From assembly GCF_000021865.1 (NCBI RefSeq), contig NC_014034.1:1080001-1112000 (forward strand): a DNA stretch of 32,000 nucleotides, written 5' to 3'. The translations under genes and the position numbers were made by a program. The stretch comes from Rhodobacter capsulatus SB 1003 (GTDB lineage Bacteria; Pseudomonadota; Alphaproteobacteria; Rhodobacterales; Rhodobacteraceae). Every line of letters starts with the position of its first letter. Within the stretch, counting starts at the first letter, position 1. The notes under the pieces were generated by a model. The model saw only the letters and a program-made list of their open reading frames with translations. It was not told where the DNA came from and searched no databases. Shown here one piece after another: positions 14,605-23,987 of this stretch.

Positions 14605-15120
14605 TCAAACGGCAAATCGTTCCCAACATAGGACGTTGTCAGAAACGATGCAGGCGGGTTTGCCGCGCCATTCGATGATCCGATCCAGGCTCCGGATGAC
14701 CCGCTCCGCTGGCAGTGAAAAGTCGACCTCGATGCCCAACCCTTCGCGGTTGAAATCATCCAGCACGTTCAGAAGCCGGAACTGTCGGCCATCGCCGAGC
14801 CGGTCAGCCATGAAGTCCATCGACCAGGTCACGTTCGGCGCATCCGGCACCGCCAAAGCGTCAGGTTTCTCTCGCTTCAGCCGTTTGCGAGGCTTGATCC
14901 GCAGGTTCAACTCAAGGGCGCAATAGATGCGGTAGACCCGCTTGTGGTTCCAAGGATAGCCCTTCACGTTGCGCAAATGCAGGAAACACAAGCCAAACCC
15001 CCAGGTCTTGCGGGCATCGGTCAGGCCGACCAGCAGGTCGGCGATCTCCTCGTTCTCGTCCTTCAGCTTCGGGCTGTAGCGATAACAGGTCTCGCTGACC
15101 TTGAAGGCCCGGCAGGCGCG
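14605..15120 (-). pseudogene. IS3-family transposase OrfB fragment, truncated at both ends
   Basis: Translation ...[66 protein letters not shown]...[12 protein letters not shown]...[20 protein letters not shown]...[10 protein letters not shown] is a typical IS3-family DDE core. Similarity stops right after SDN (about 14634). OrfA and the N-terminus are missing. Confidence 0.7.
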
Positions 15121-15594
15121 AACTCCTGGGCTGGCACCTGTCGCGCTCCGGCAAGGCCACGACCGCCAGCGCCGCGCTTGAACATGCCCTGATCCGCCGG
15201 TTCGGAACGCTTGGCCGGGTCAACCGGGCGTTCCTGCTGCGGTCTGACAATGGCGTTCGCCATGGGCCTCGGACCAGTGGCGGCACCATGGCTCACGCGT
15301 CACAAGCCGCCACTTCACGGCGCTGGTGCACAGCTATGGCCTGAAGCAGGAGTTCATCACCTCGCCATCGGGCTCGGACCGATGGCGCCTCGATGGCTCG
15401 ACCCGCAACAGAACGGCATGGTCGAACGCGTGATCCGCACGCTGAAAGAGCAGTGCATCCATCGCCAGCGCTTCGACAGCATCCAGCACGTGACGCGCGC
15501 CATCGGTGACTGGATCAGCTTCTACAACAACCGTCGCCCGCATCAGGCGCTGGACATGAAAACCCCCGCTGAGGCATTCGCATTAGCGGCTTAA
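15120..15594 (+). pseudogene. C-terminal fragment of a different rve/DDE transposase, 5'-truncated and frameshifted twice
   Basis: There are three in-frame blocks. [45 protein letters not shown] is in frame 0, to 15254. TSRHFTALVHSYGLKQEFIT is in frame 2, 15302..15361. PQQNGMVERVIRTLKEQCIHRQRFDSIQHVTRAIGDWISFYNNRRPHQALDMKTPAEAFALAA is in frame 1, from 15403. Confidence 0.7.
15257..15399 (+). repeat. Two related ~38-nt palindrome-ended insertions (15257..15294 and 15362..15399) that disrupt the transposase pseudogene
   Basis: tcgccatgggcctcggaccagtggcggcaccatggctc against tcgccatcgggctcggaccgatggcgcctcgatggctc: about 30 of 38 positions are identical by eye. Each carries 6-bp inverted repeats 20 nt apart near its ends (CCATGG...CCATGG; CCATCG...CGATGG). 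The gaps between coding blocks are 47 nt (9+38) and 41 nt (3+38). Each shifts the frame by +2. Confidence 0.6.
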
Positions 15595-15952
15595 CCTGTG
15601 CAGATTCAGATGGGTCGATACATGTATGTTTTGGTGAGCCCCGGTGCCACGCTTCAGCGCAAAGAGGGCAGGGGAGAGGGCGCGCTCACTACGTCGGATC
15701 GCCAAGATTTTGATTTTCCACGCAGAACTGCCCCGGGTTTTCCATCGAGACGTGACCCGCATGAGGGTCATGTTCCCGGGGTGCAGGTTCGGGGCAAGGG
15801 CTGGGTTGCCTCCTTCCTTTTGCGGGTCGCCACGGCGGCGCTGACCGTCATGATCCTGACCGGGTTCCGTGCCAATCTGGCCTGAGGTCCCTGCGGCTGC
15901 GCCGGGACTGTCCTGACCAGCATGCAGGCCGCAAGGCCAAGGGAGTCCGACC

Positions 15953-16906
15953 ATGATCGACACGTTCACCGCCCCCGGCCGGTTCTGGCGCGGCAATCTG
16001 CACGGCCATTCCGACCGCTCCGACGGGGCGCTGCCGCCCGAAGAGGTCTGCCGCCGCTACGCCGCCGAGGGCTATGATTTCCTGGCGCTGACCGATCATT
16101 TCCTCGGCCGCTACGGCTATCCGATCACCGACACCGCGCCGTTTCGCACCGAGCGCTTCACCACGCTGCCCGGCGCCGAGCTGCATTCCGGCGCGCTGGA
16201 AAACGGCGAGCTGTGGCACATTCTGGCGGTCGGTCTGCCCGCCGGTTTCGCGCCCTCGCACAGCCCCGATTTCACCCCGGTCGCGGGGCAGGAAACCGGG
16301 CCCGAGATCGCCGCGCGGGCGGTGGCGGCGGGGGCTTTCGTCGCGATCGCGCATCCGCACTGGTCGGGGCTGAGCCTCGCCGACGCCCGCAGCCTGACCG
16401 CCGCCCATGCGATCGAGATCTACAACCACGGCTGCGCCATCGGCGCCGACCGCGGCAACGGCGCGGCAATCGCCGATCTGCTGCTCTCCGAGGGGCGCCG
16501 GGTGACCCTGATCGCCACCGACGATTCCCATTTCACCGAGCCCGACCATTTCGGCGGCTGGGTGATGGTGAAAGCGCCCGAAAACACCCCCGAGGCGCTG
16601 CTGGCGGCGCTGAAGGCGGGGCATTTCTATGCCTCGCAGGGGCCCGAGTTGCACGCCATCCGCTTTGACGGGGCCGCGCTCGAAGTGGAAAGCAGCGCCG
16701 TCGTCAGCGTGATCGTGCAGGGGCGGGCCTCGGCCGTGGTGGCGCGGCACGGCGCTTCGATGACGCGCACGCGGATCTTGCTGGCGGCCGGGCTGGCGGC
16801 CTCGCCCTGGTTGCGGGTGACGGTCGTGGATGCGGCAGGGCGTCGCGCCTGGTCGAATCCGCTCTGGCGCGACGGCGCCGACGGGGCGGGCTTCATCGCC
16901 CGTTAA
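15953..16906 (+). CDS. PHP-domain metal-dependent phosphoesterase (317 aa)
   Basis: The N-terminus GNLHGHSDRSDGALPPEEVCRRYAAEGYDFLALTDHF is the PHP HxH...D..H signature. GGGAG RBS before ATG 15953. Confidence 0.8.
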   Translation: MIDTFTAPGRFWRGNLHGHSDRSDGALPPEEVCRRYAAEGYDFLALTDHFLGRYGYPITDTAPFRTERFTTLPGAELHSGALENGELWHILAVGLPAGFAPSHSPDFTPVAGQETGPEIAARAVAAGAFVAIAHPHWSGLSLADARSLTAAHAIEIYNHGCAIGADRGNGAAIADLLLSEGRRVTLIATDDSHFTEPDHFGGWVMVKAPENTPEALLAALKAGHFYASQGPELHAIRFDGAALEVESSAVVSVIVQGRASAVVARHGASMTRTRILLAAGLAASPWLRVTVVDAAGRRAWSNPLWRDGADGAGFIAR

Positions 16907-16949
16907 GACGGACCGGATAGCCGTCGGGAAAATTTGCGAGAGAGACGGG

Positions 16950-18728
16950 ATGCGAGACGACCTGCCGATCTGGTTGCACAATTTCGACTCCGAACAGTTC
17001 CTCAGGGATGTGGACCAGCATCTGATCATCGCCTTGCAACCTATCGTTGAGGCCAGCACCGGCGCCGTGGTCGCGCATGAGGCGCTGATGCGCGGCTTTG
17101 ACGATCTGGGCTTTCCCGATCCGGGCGCGCTTCTGGACGGATCGGCCGCACGCAAGCGGCTGCTGGAGGTGGAATGCTGCGTGATCGCGAAGGCGATCGC
17201 CGCGCGGGCGCGTCTGCCCAAGGCCGAGGGCGGCGCCCTGTTTCTCAATCTTGACGGGCGCAATCTGGCGAACTGGCGGGCCCTGCGCACGTTTCTGGAG
17301 CTGCGCTGCGACCAGCTCGATCTGTCGCCGCAAGATCTGTGCATCGAACTTTCCGAGGCGCATCAACCGCTTGCGCCCGAGGCCTTCGAAGAGGCGGTCC
17401 GCGGTCTGCGCTCTGCCGGGTTCCTGATCGCCATCGACGATTTCGGCACCGGCGTTTCGGGGATGCAGATGCTCTATCAGGCCGCGCCCGATTTCATCAA
17501 GATCGACAAGTTCTTCATCAAATCGATGCCGAGCGACGCGAAAAAGCGGCTTCTGGTCGGCTCGATCGTCGATCTGGCGCATACGCTGGGCAGCCGGGTG
17601 ATCGCCGAGGGGGTGGAGACGGTCGAGCAGCTGATCTGCTGCCGCGACGCCAATTGCGATCTCATTCAGGGCTATCTGATCGCGCGGCCCGCGGTCGATC
17701 CGGGCGAGCTTGCAACCGGCTATGCCGACCGGGTGCATGCCGGTACAGCGGCCCCCGAAAGCGGCGAAAGCCTGATGATCGAAAGGTTCATCGAAGATGT
17801 GCCGACGCTGCAGGAAAACACGCTTCTGGCGGTTCTGTTCGACCAGCTGACGCTTCATCCGGGCCGCAATGTCTATCCGGTTCTGGATCCCGAGGGCCTG
17901 CCGCGCGGCGCGGTCCGCGAAAGCGACGTCAAGCGGCTGTTGCATTCGCCCTACGGGCGCGATCTGGCGCGCAACCGCTCGATCGGGATGACGATCGATG
18001 ATTTCGTGCGGCCGATCCCGACGCTGGAAAGCAGCATGCCGATCGCGCAGCGGCTGGAACTGATCGCCGATCATGCCGAGGATGGCGTCGTGGTGACGAA
18101 ATCGCTGCGCTATCAGGGCTACATGTCCTCGGGCAGCCTGCTCAAGCTGGCCAACGAGGTCCGGCTGCAGCAGGCGGCGGCGCAAAATCCGCTGACCCGG
18201 CTTCCGGGCAACAATGCGATTGCCGGTTTTCTGGAAGGCTGTCGGCAGCGTGACGGCCTGCCGCGACTGGTTGCCTATATCGACATCGATCATTTCAAGG
18301 CCTTCAACGACCGATACGGTTTCGAAATGGGGGATCGGGCAATCCTGATCCTGGCCTCGATCCTGAAATCGCTGGAACGCGATCATGCGGCCTTTGTCGG
18401 CCATATCGGCGGCGACGATTTCTTTCTGGGGGCCGAGGGCGCGGCCTGCGACGCGCTCGACCGGATCTTGCAGACGATCGGGGCGCGGTTTCGCGACATG
18501 GCCGAGAGCCTTTACAGCCCCGAGGACCGCGCCGCGGGTTTCCTCGAGGGGCGCGCGCGCGATGGCACGCAGACCCGGTTTCCGCTTTTGTCCTGCACCG
18601 TCGCGGCGCTGCGGCTGGAACCGGGCAGTCACCCGCAAACGACGCTGGAGCTGACCACCCGGCTGACCGCGCTGAAATCGCTGGCGCGGCAGCAAAAGAC
18701 CAGCCTGCAAAGGGAGGCCTGTGTCTGA
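16950..18728 (+). CDS. c-di-GMP signalling protein, EAL - CBS pair - degenerate GGDEF (GGDDF), 592 aa
   Basis: EAL catalytic motifs are intact (HEALMRG, FLNLD, ELSE, DDFGTG, KIDK, AEGVET, QGY). The central region is CBS-like. The C-terminal GGDEF fold (NPLTRLPGNNAI...YIDIDHFKAFNDRYG...GHIGGDDF) has GGDDF in place of GG[DE]EF and lacks an RxxD I-site. Start set at ATG 16950, just before the EAL domain. Confidence 0.85.
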   Translation: MRDDLPIWLHNFDSEQFLRDVDQHLIIALQPIVEASTGAVVAHEALMRGFDDLGFPDPGALLDGSAARKRLLEVECCVIAKAIAARARLPKAEGGALFLNLDGRNLANWRALRTFLELRCDQLDLSPQDLCIELSEAHQPLAPEAFEEAVRGLRSAGFLIAIDDFGTGVSGMQMLYQAAPDFIKIDKFFIKSMPSDAKKRLLVGSIVDLAHTLGSRVIAEGVETVEQLICCRDANCDLIQGYLIARPAVDPGELATGYADRVHAGTAAPESGESLMIERFIEDVPTLQENTLLAVLFDQLTLHPGRNVYPVLDPEGLPRGAVRESDVKRLLHSPYGRDLARNRSIGMTIDDFVRPIPTLESSMPIAQRLELIADHAEDGVVVTKSLRYQGYMSSGSLLKLANEVRLQQAAAQNPLTRLPGNNAIAGFLEGCRQRDGLPRLVAYIDIDHFKAFNDRYGFEMGDRAILILASILKSLERDHAAFVGHIGGDDFFLGAEGAACDALDRILQTIGARFRDMAESLYSPEDRAAGFLEGRARDGTQTRFPLLSCTVAALRLEPGSHPQTTLELTTRLTALKSLARQQKTSLQREACV

Positions 18729-18749
18729 CGCCCCCCGGCGGTCCCGGGC

Positions 18750-19850
18750 CTAGGACCGCGGATCCGCCCCGGCGGCGATCCGGGACCGGGCGGCCGGATG
18801 CAGCGCCAACGGCAGGCGCAGCCCGGTCAGCGTGTCGAACAGATGCCAGGCCGCGGGATCGGCGCCCAGATGCAGCGCCGCGGGCAGATCCGCCCCCGCG
18901 GGCAGGGAGAGGCACAGCGGCTGATCCTCGAGAAAGCCATGCACCAGCCGCGTCGCGCCCAATTCCTCGACCCCGTCGACGCGAAAGGGCAGCCCGCCCG
19001 AGGGGCGCAGCCGCAGATCCTCGGCCCGGATGCCCAGCGTCACCATGCGCGGGCCGCTGTCCACCGCCCCCAGATCGACGCCCGCCAGCATGAGCCGCCC
19101 CGCCCCGATCCGCGCATCCATCAGGTTCATCGCGGGCGCGCCGATGAAAGCGGCGACAAAGGTCGAGGCCGGGCGGTGATAAACCTCAAGCGGGCGGCCG
19201 ACCTGTTCGATCTTGCCGCCGTTCAGCACCACCAGCCGGTCGGCCAAGGTCATCGCCTCGAGCTGGTCATGGGTGACATAAAGCGCGGTGGTGGCCAGAC
19301 GCTTTTGCAGCTTGCGGATTTCCCCGCGCATGCTGACGCGCAGTTTGGCATCAAGGTTCGAGAGCGGCTCGTCGAACAAAAACGCCGCGGGCTGACGCAC
19401 GATGGCACGGCCCATGGCGACGCGCTGGCGCTGCCCGCCCGAAAGCGCGCGGGGCTTGCGGTCGAGATGCGCCTGCAGCTCCAGCATCCGCGCCGCTTCC
19501 TCGACCCGGGCGGCGATCTCGGCGGCGGGGATGCGGCGGTTCTTCAGCCCCCAGGACATGTTTTCGCGCACCGTCATATGCGGATAAAGCGCGTAGTTCT
19601 GAAACACCATCGCGATGTCGCGCTCGGCCGGTTCCAGCCGGTTCACCACGCGCCCGCCGATCGTCACCGTGCCGGTAGTGATCTCCTCCAGCCCCGCCAC
19701 CATCCGCAAAAGCGTCGATTTCCCGCAGCCCGAGGGGCCGACGAGCACGATGAACTCGCCATCCGCCACCGACAGCGACACCGCGCTGACCGCCTGCAGC
19801 CCGCCCGCATAGGTCTTGCCCACGTCCTTCAGGGTCATCTCGGCCATCAT
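18750..19850 (-). CDS. ugpC: sn-glycerol-3-phosphate ABC transporter ATP-binding protein (366 aa)
   Basis: [17 protein letters not shown]...[13 protein letters not shown]...[14 protein letters not shown]...[11 protein letters not shown] plus a MalK/UgpC-type C-terminal domain. ATG 19850 overlaps the ugpE stop (ATGA). The 504-aa track ORF is an artefactual upstream extension. Confidence 0.9.
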   Translation of the reverse strand: MMAEMTLKDVGKTYAGGLQAVSAVSLSVADGEFIVLVGPSGCGKSTLLRMVAGLEEITTGTVTIGGRVVNRLEPAERDIAMVFQNYALYPHMTVRENMSWGLKNRRIPAAEIAARVEEAARMLELQAHLDRKPRALSGGQRQRVAMGRAIVRQPAAFLFDEPLSNLDAKLRVSMRGEIRKLQKRLATTALYVTHDQLEAMTLADRLVVLNGGKIEQVGRPLEVYHRPASTFVAAFIGAPAMNLMDARIGAGRLMLAGVDLGAVDSGPRMVTLGIRAEDLRLRPSGGLPFRVDGVEELGATRLVHGFLEDQPLCLSLPAGADLPAALHLGADPAAWHLFDTLTGLRLPLALHPAARSRIAAGADPRS

Positions 19851-20689
19851 TTGTCGCTTTCGGTCAGGCCCTTGACGAAGAGGCGCTGGAACACGATCAC
19901 CACCCCCAAAGGCGGCAGCATCGCCAGCACCGCAAGGGCGAAGGCTTCGTTGTAATCGGGGATCTGGCTGCCCACCCAGACCTGCAGGATCGTCTTGATC
20001 CCGCGCATCAGGGTGAAGAACCGCTCGTCGGTGGTCATCAGCATCGGCCAGAGATACTGGTTCCAGCCGTAAACGAACATGATGATGAAGATCGCCGCCA
20101 TCATCGGACGCGAGAGCGGCACAAGGATGCCCCAAAAGAACCGCCACGGCCCGGCGCCGTCGATCCGCGCGGCCTCCAGCAGCTCGTCGGGGACGGATTT
20201 GAAGAACTGCCGGAAGTAGAAGGTGCCGGTGGCCGAGGCCAGAAGCGGCACGATCAGCCCCCAATAGCTGTTCAATGCGCCAAGCTGGCTCATCACCTGA
20301 TAAGACGGCATGATCCGCACTTCGAGCGGCAACAGAAGCGTGGTGAAGATCGCCCAGAAGATCGGCGTGGCAAAGCGAAACCGGAAATAGACCAGCCCAT
20401 AGGCCGCCAGCATCGAGACGATCAGCTTGCCAAAGGCAAAGCCAAGGCCAAGGATCAGCGAATTCAGCGCCATCCTTGCCCCCGTCACCTCGCCGGTGAA
20501 GCCGCCCTTTTGCGTCAGCACTTTTTCGTAGGTGGCCAGCCCCTCGGTGCCGGGGGTCAGGTAAAGCCCGTTCATGTGGATTTCCGCCGCCGCATGGGTG
20601 GAGGAGAGGAACGCCATCAGCACCGGCGCCACCAGAAAGGCCGCGCCCAGAAGCAGGATCAGATGGTCAAGGGGTCGGAACCGTCGCAT
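19847..20689 (-). CDS. ugpE: sn-glycerol-3-phosphate ABC transporter permease (280 aa)
   Basis: MalG/UgpE-type permease with the EAA loop ([24 protein letters not shown]), in the ugpBAEC order. Confidence 0.85.
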   Translation of the reverse strand: MRRFRPLDHLILLLGAAFLVAPVLMAFLSSTHAAAEIHMNGLYLTPGTEGLATYEKVLTQKGGFTGEVTGARMALNSLILGLGFAFGKLIVSMLAAYGLVYFRFRFATPIFWAIFTTLLLPLEVRIMPSYQVMSQLGALNSYWGLIVPLLASATGTFYFRQFFKSVPDELLEAARIDGAGPWRFFWGILVPLSRPMMAAIFIIMFVYGWNQYLWPMLMTTDERFFTLMRGIKTILQVWVGSQIPDYNEAFALAVLAMLPPLGVVIVFQRLFVKGLTESDK

Positions 20690-20692
20690 GGA

Positions 20693-21637
20693 TCACCCGT
20701 AATGCACGCGCCGCTCGATCAGGCGGAACTGCGCGAGGGTGAGGGTTGCGACAACGATCATCAGGATCACCGATTGCGCCGAGGACCCGCCGATGTCGTT
20801 GCCCTTGAAGCCATCCAGATAGACCTTGTAGACCAGTGTGACGGGATTGTTGGCGGGCTTGTCCTTCACCATCACGTCGATGATCCCGAACGTGTCGAAA
20901 AGCGCATAGGTGATGTTGATCACCAGCAAAAAGAACGCGGTCGGCGCCAGCAGCGGCAGCGTCACATCGCGAAACTGCCGCCAGCCGGAGGTCGCATCGA
21001 TCCGCGCCGCCTCGCGCACCGCTGACGGGACCGCCTGCAGCCCCGACAGGAAGAAGATGAAATTGTAGGGGATCTGCTTCCAGACCGCGACGGTGATCAG
21101 CGCAATCGCCGTGTCCCAATAGTCGATGCCCACCTTCAGATCCCAGCCGAAGACCGCGGCGGCACGGGTGAAGGGGCCGATATGCATGTCGAACATCATC
21201 ATGCCGATCAGCCCGACGACCGGCGGCGCGATCGCATAGACAGAGATCAGCGCCGTCTTGTAGGCGCCCGCGCCGCGCAGCACCGCATCGGCCTTGACGG
21301 CAAGCAAAAGCCCCAGCCCCAGCGCCAGCGCGGTGACGGTGGCGGCAAAAAACGCGGTGAAGCCCGCGATCTGGCGGTATTCCGCTGACCCCAGCGCCTC
21401 GCGGTAATTGTCGAGCCCGACGAAAGAGGCACCAAAGCCGAACGGGTCCTCCAGGTAAAAGGACGAGGTCACCGCCTGCACCGAGGGCCAGTAAAAGAAG
21501 ATCGCCACGATCAAGAGTTGCGGCGCCACGAAAAGCCAGGGCGTCAGCTTGCGGTCGAACTGCGCCAGTTTCGCGGGCGGCTCTGCCCGGCGGGCGAACC
21601 AGCGGCGCGGTGCGGCGGCTTGGGGTGAGGCGGTCAT
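20693..21637 (-). CDS. ugpA: sn-glycerol-3-phosphate ABC transporter permease (314 aa)
   Basis: MalF/UgpA-type permease with the EAA loop (REAARIDATSGWRQFRDVTLPL). Start set at ATG 21637 (MTASPQAAAP...). Confidence 0.85.
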   Translation of the reverse strand: MTASPQAAAPRRWFARRAEPPAKLAQFDRKLTPWLFVAPQLLIVAIFFYWPSVQAVTSSFYLEDPFGFGASFVGLDNYREALGSAEYRQIAGFTAFFAATVTALALGLGLLLAVKADAVLRGAGAYKTALISVYAIAPPVVGLIGMMMFDMHIGPFTRAAAVFGWDLKVGIDYWDTAIALITVAVWKQIPYNFIFFLSGLQAVPSAVREAARIDATSGWRQFRDVTLPLLAPTAFFLLVINITYALFDTFGIIDVMVKDKPANNPVTLVYKVYLDGFKGNDIGGSSAQSVILMIVVATLTLAQFRLIERRVHYG

Positions 21638-21704
21638 GCGGTGGCTTTCATGGCAGGATGACCCCGGGGCGATCCACCCCGGGGCCAGAAGTCTGTCGCA
21701 GGGC

Positions 21705-23000
21705 TCAGTTCGCGGTTTTGGCGAATTTCGCCAAAAGCGCATTCGCCTCGGTCTGCACCGTGGCCAGCGCCTCTTTCGGCGCCACCTCGCCCGAGAAGAT
21801 GCGGTTGAATTCGCGTTCCTCGATCGAACGGATCTGCGGGAAGAAGCCCATCCGGTAGCCCCGGGTCCAGTCCCCCGCGGGCAGCATCAGCTGCTTGATG
21901 CCGACCTCGGCGACGGGGTGGCTTTCATACCAGCCCTCGGATTTCGCCAGCTCATAAGCGGCGGTGGTGATCGGCACGTAGCCGGTGGCTTCGTGGTAGA
22001 ATTTCTGCACCTCGGGCTGGGTCAGGAAGCTGAAGAACTCGGCCGTGCAGGCGGTGTTTTCCGCCGGCTTGCCCGCCATGGCGAAAAGCGCCGCACCGCC
22101 GATGAAGCTTTGCTTGCCCTCGCCAAGGGCTTGCCAATAGGGCAGGAAATCGGCCGAGAACGGCGCGGTGGCGGTTTTCGCAAGGCCGCCGAAGCTGCCC
22201 GAAGAGCCGATCCAGAGCGCGGCCTTGCCCTCCTCGAAGGGTTTCTGGTTGTCCGCCCAGCCCGCGCCGTAGAAACCGAAATAACCGGCATCGGCCCAGG
22301 CCTTGAGCTTGTCGAACATCATCACCGTATGGGCGTCATCGACGATGATCTCGGTGCCCTCGGTCGCGTCATAGCCGTTGCCATTCGTCGCGAATTGCTG
22401 GTTGTTGCGCGATTTGAAGTTTTCCACGAACTGCCAGGTCAGCTGCGAGGCGGTCAGCGGAATGTAGCCCGCCTCCTTCAGCTTCGGCGCGATCGCTTCG
22501 AACTCTTCCCAGGTCTTCGGCGCGGTGACACCGGCCTTGGCCAGCGCCTCGGTGTTGACATACATGATCGGCGCCGAGGAGTTGAACGGCATGCCGATGA
22601 ACTTGCCCGTGGCATCGGCATAAAAGCTGCGCACGCCCGGGATGAAAGCATTGCGGTCAAAGGGCTTGCCCGCGCCGGTGATCAGATCCTCGGCGGGGAT
22701 GGTGGCGCCCTTGGCGGCGATGATCGTGGCCGCGCCCGCGTCGAAGACCTGCAGGATGTCGGGCTGCTCGCCCGAGCGGAAGGCGGCGATGCCCGCGGCC
22801 AGCGCCTCTTCATAGGTGCCTTTCGAGAGCGGCGTCAGATGGCAGGCGGTCTGCGCATCGTTGAACTTCTGCGCGACTTCGTTGATCACCTCGCCATTAC
22901 GCCCGCCCATGCCGTGCCACCAGGTGATGTCGGTCTGGGCCAGGGCCGTGGTCGCGCCAAGCGCGGTCAGCATGGTGACGAAAGAAGCGGTTCTGAGCAT
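21705..23000 (-). CDS. ugpB: sn-glycerol-3-phosphate periplasmic binding protein (431 aa)
   Basis: Signal peptide MLRTASFVTMLTALGATTALAQ, then TDITWWHGMGGRNGEVINEVAQKFNDAQ...GIAAFRSGEQPDILQVFDAGAATIIA. This parallels E. coli UgpB (WWHSM...[26 protein letters not shown]). GGAGGG RBS before ATG 23000. Confidence 0.9.
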   Translation of the reverse strand: MLRTASFVTMLTALGATTALAQTDITWWHGMGGRNGEVINEVAQKFNDAQTACHLTPLSKGTYEEALAAGIAAFRSGEQPDILQVFDAGAATIIAAKGATIPAEDLITGAGKPFDRNAFIPGVRSFYADATGKFIGMPFNSSAPIMYVNTEALAKAGVTAPKTWEEFEAIAPKLKEAGYIPLTASQLTWQFVENFKSRNNQQFATNGNGYDATEGTEIIVDDAHTVMMFDKLKAWADAGYFGFYGAGWADNQKPFEEGKAALWIGSSGSFGGLAKTATAPFSADFLPYWQALGEGKQSFIGGAALFAMAGKPAENTACTAEFFSFLTQPEVQKFYHEATGYVPITTAAYELAKSEGWYESHPVAEVGIKQLMLPAGDWTRGYRMGFFPQIRSIEEREFNRIFSGEVAPKEALATVQTEANALLAKFAKTAN

Positions 23001-23417
23001 GGTGCCCTCCGGTTGCAAGGTTGCGCGGACCCTGCCTGTTGCGGGTGACATTTTGTTAACCACCGCGTTACAGCCGTGCAAAATCACCGCCGGACGCGCT
23101 GGGCCTGGGCGGGCGGCGGGGCGGTGACGGCCGCGCTGACGGTCCGGGACAGTGCCTCGTCGCAGATGACGCTCTTCATCATGCGGGTTTCGACGAGGAT
23201 CTTTCTGCCGGTCATCCTGGCCTGCACCTCCCGGGTCTGCAAGGTGCCTTGGGGCGGCTGCGCCCCGGGAGGCAGGCGGACCGGCGCCGCGACGGAGAGG
23301 TCCGAACGCGGGGGGCGCCTCGGGGCGATTTCGCCGCGCGGCCGCGCGGCGATCCGCCGGGGGCTCCGCCCCCGGACCCCCGGCGTATTTGGGCCAAGAA
23401 AAAACGGGGGCCGGGGA

Positions 23418-23987
23418 TCAGTCCTCGAAATCGATCATGCCGCCCAGGTCTTCGCCCGCCGCCTTGCGGGCGGCGAGTTTGCGCGCCAGCGTCCGGCGAT
23501 GCATGCCGAGACGGCGCGCGGTTTCCGAGACGTTGAAGCCGGTCTCGGCCAGGGTGCGCTGGATCAGCTCCCATTCCTGCGCCTTCACGCCGACCTGCGG
23601 CGTCTCGATTTCCGGCATCGCCATGCCCGCCCGGTGCGCGAAGGCGGCCTCGATCTCGCGCACCGTCGCCGGTTTCGCCAGATATTGCGTGGCGCCAAGC
23701 TTGATCGCCTCGACCGCCGTCGCCACCGCGGCAAAGCCCGTCAGCACCACGATCGCGGGCGGCGGATCCAGCGCGGCCAGCGCCTTGACGACGCCCAGCC
23801 CCGAGCCCTCGGCCAGTTTCAGATCGACGATGGCATGGCTTGGCCGCAGCCGCCGGGCAAGGGTGATCGCCATCTCCTCGCGCGGGGCGGTATGGACGGC
23901 ATGGCCGCGCCGGGCGAAGGCGCTGGCAAGGGTTTCGGCCAGATGCGGGTCGTCTTCGACGATCAGAAGGCAGCGGGGGTCAGTCAT
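23418..23987 (-). CDS. RegA/ActR-family response regulator (REC plus Fis-type HTH), 189 aa; a paralog, not canonical RegA
   Basis: REC domain (LLIVEDD...VDLKL...VVLTG...KLGATQYLAKP). The C-terminus NVSETARRLGMHRRTLARKL is nearly identical to the RegA HTH (NVSETARRLNMHRRTLQRIL, as I recall it), but the N-terminal part differs strongly. Confidence 0.85.
   Translation of the reverse strand: MTDPRCLLIVEDDPHLAETLASAFARRGHAVHTAPREEMAITLARRLRPSHAIVDLKLAEGSGLGVVKALAALDPPPAIVVLTGFAAVATAVEAIKLGATQYLAKPATVREIEAAFAHRAGMAMPEIETPQVGVKAQEWELIQRTLAETGFNVSETARRLGMHRRTLARKLAARKAAGEDLGGMIDFED

Noticed and set aside
15598-15885. A 95-aa + strand ORF between the IS remnant and the PHP gene
   Set aside because: Only the last ~30 codons (GWVASFLLRVATAALTVMILTGFRANLA) show coding-like GC3 bias. 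The 5' part overlaps the IS end and has no RBS. It is probably the C-terminal stump of a gene destroyed by IS insertion, so I did not call it as a CDS.
18750-20264. The track ORF of 504 aa suggests a much longer UgpC; similar N-terminal extensions occur for 20693..21742, 21705..23087, 23980..25410, 2151..3227, 3112..3570, 1496..2095 and 10659..11030
   Set aside because: The extensions overlap the upstream genes, are low-complexity, and some begin at non-ATG codons. Internal ATGs with a Shine-Dalgarno or with ATGA/TGATG coupling coincide with the start of the homologous domain.
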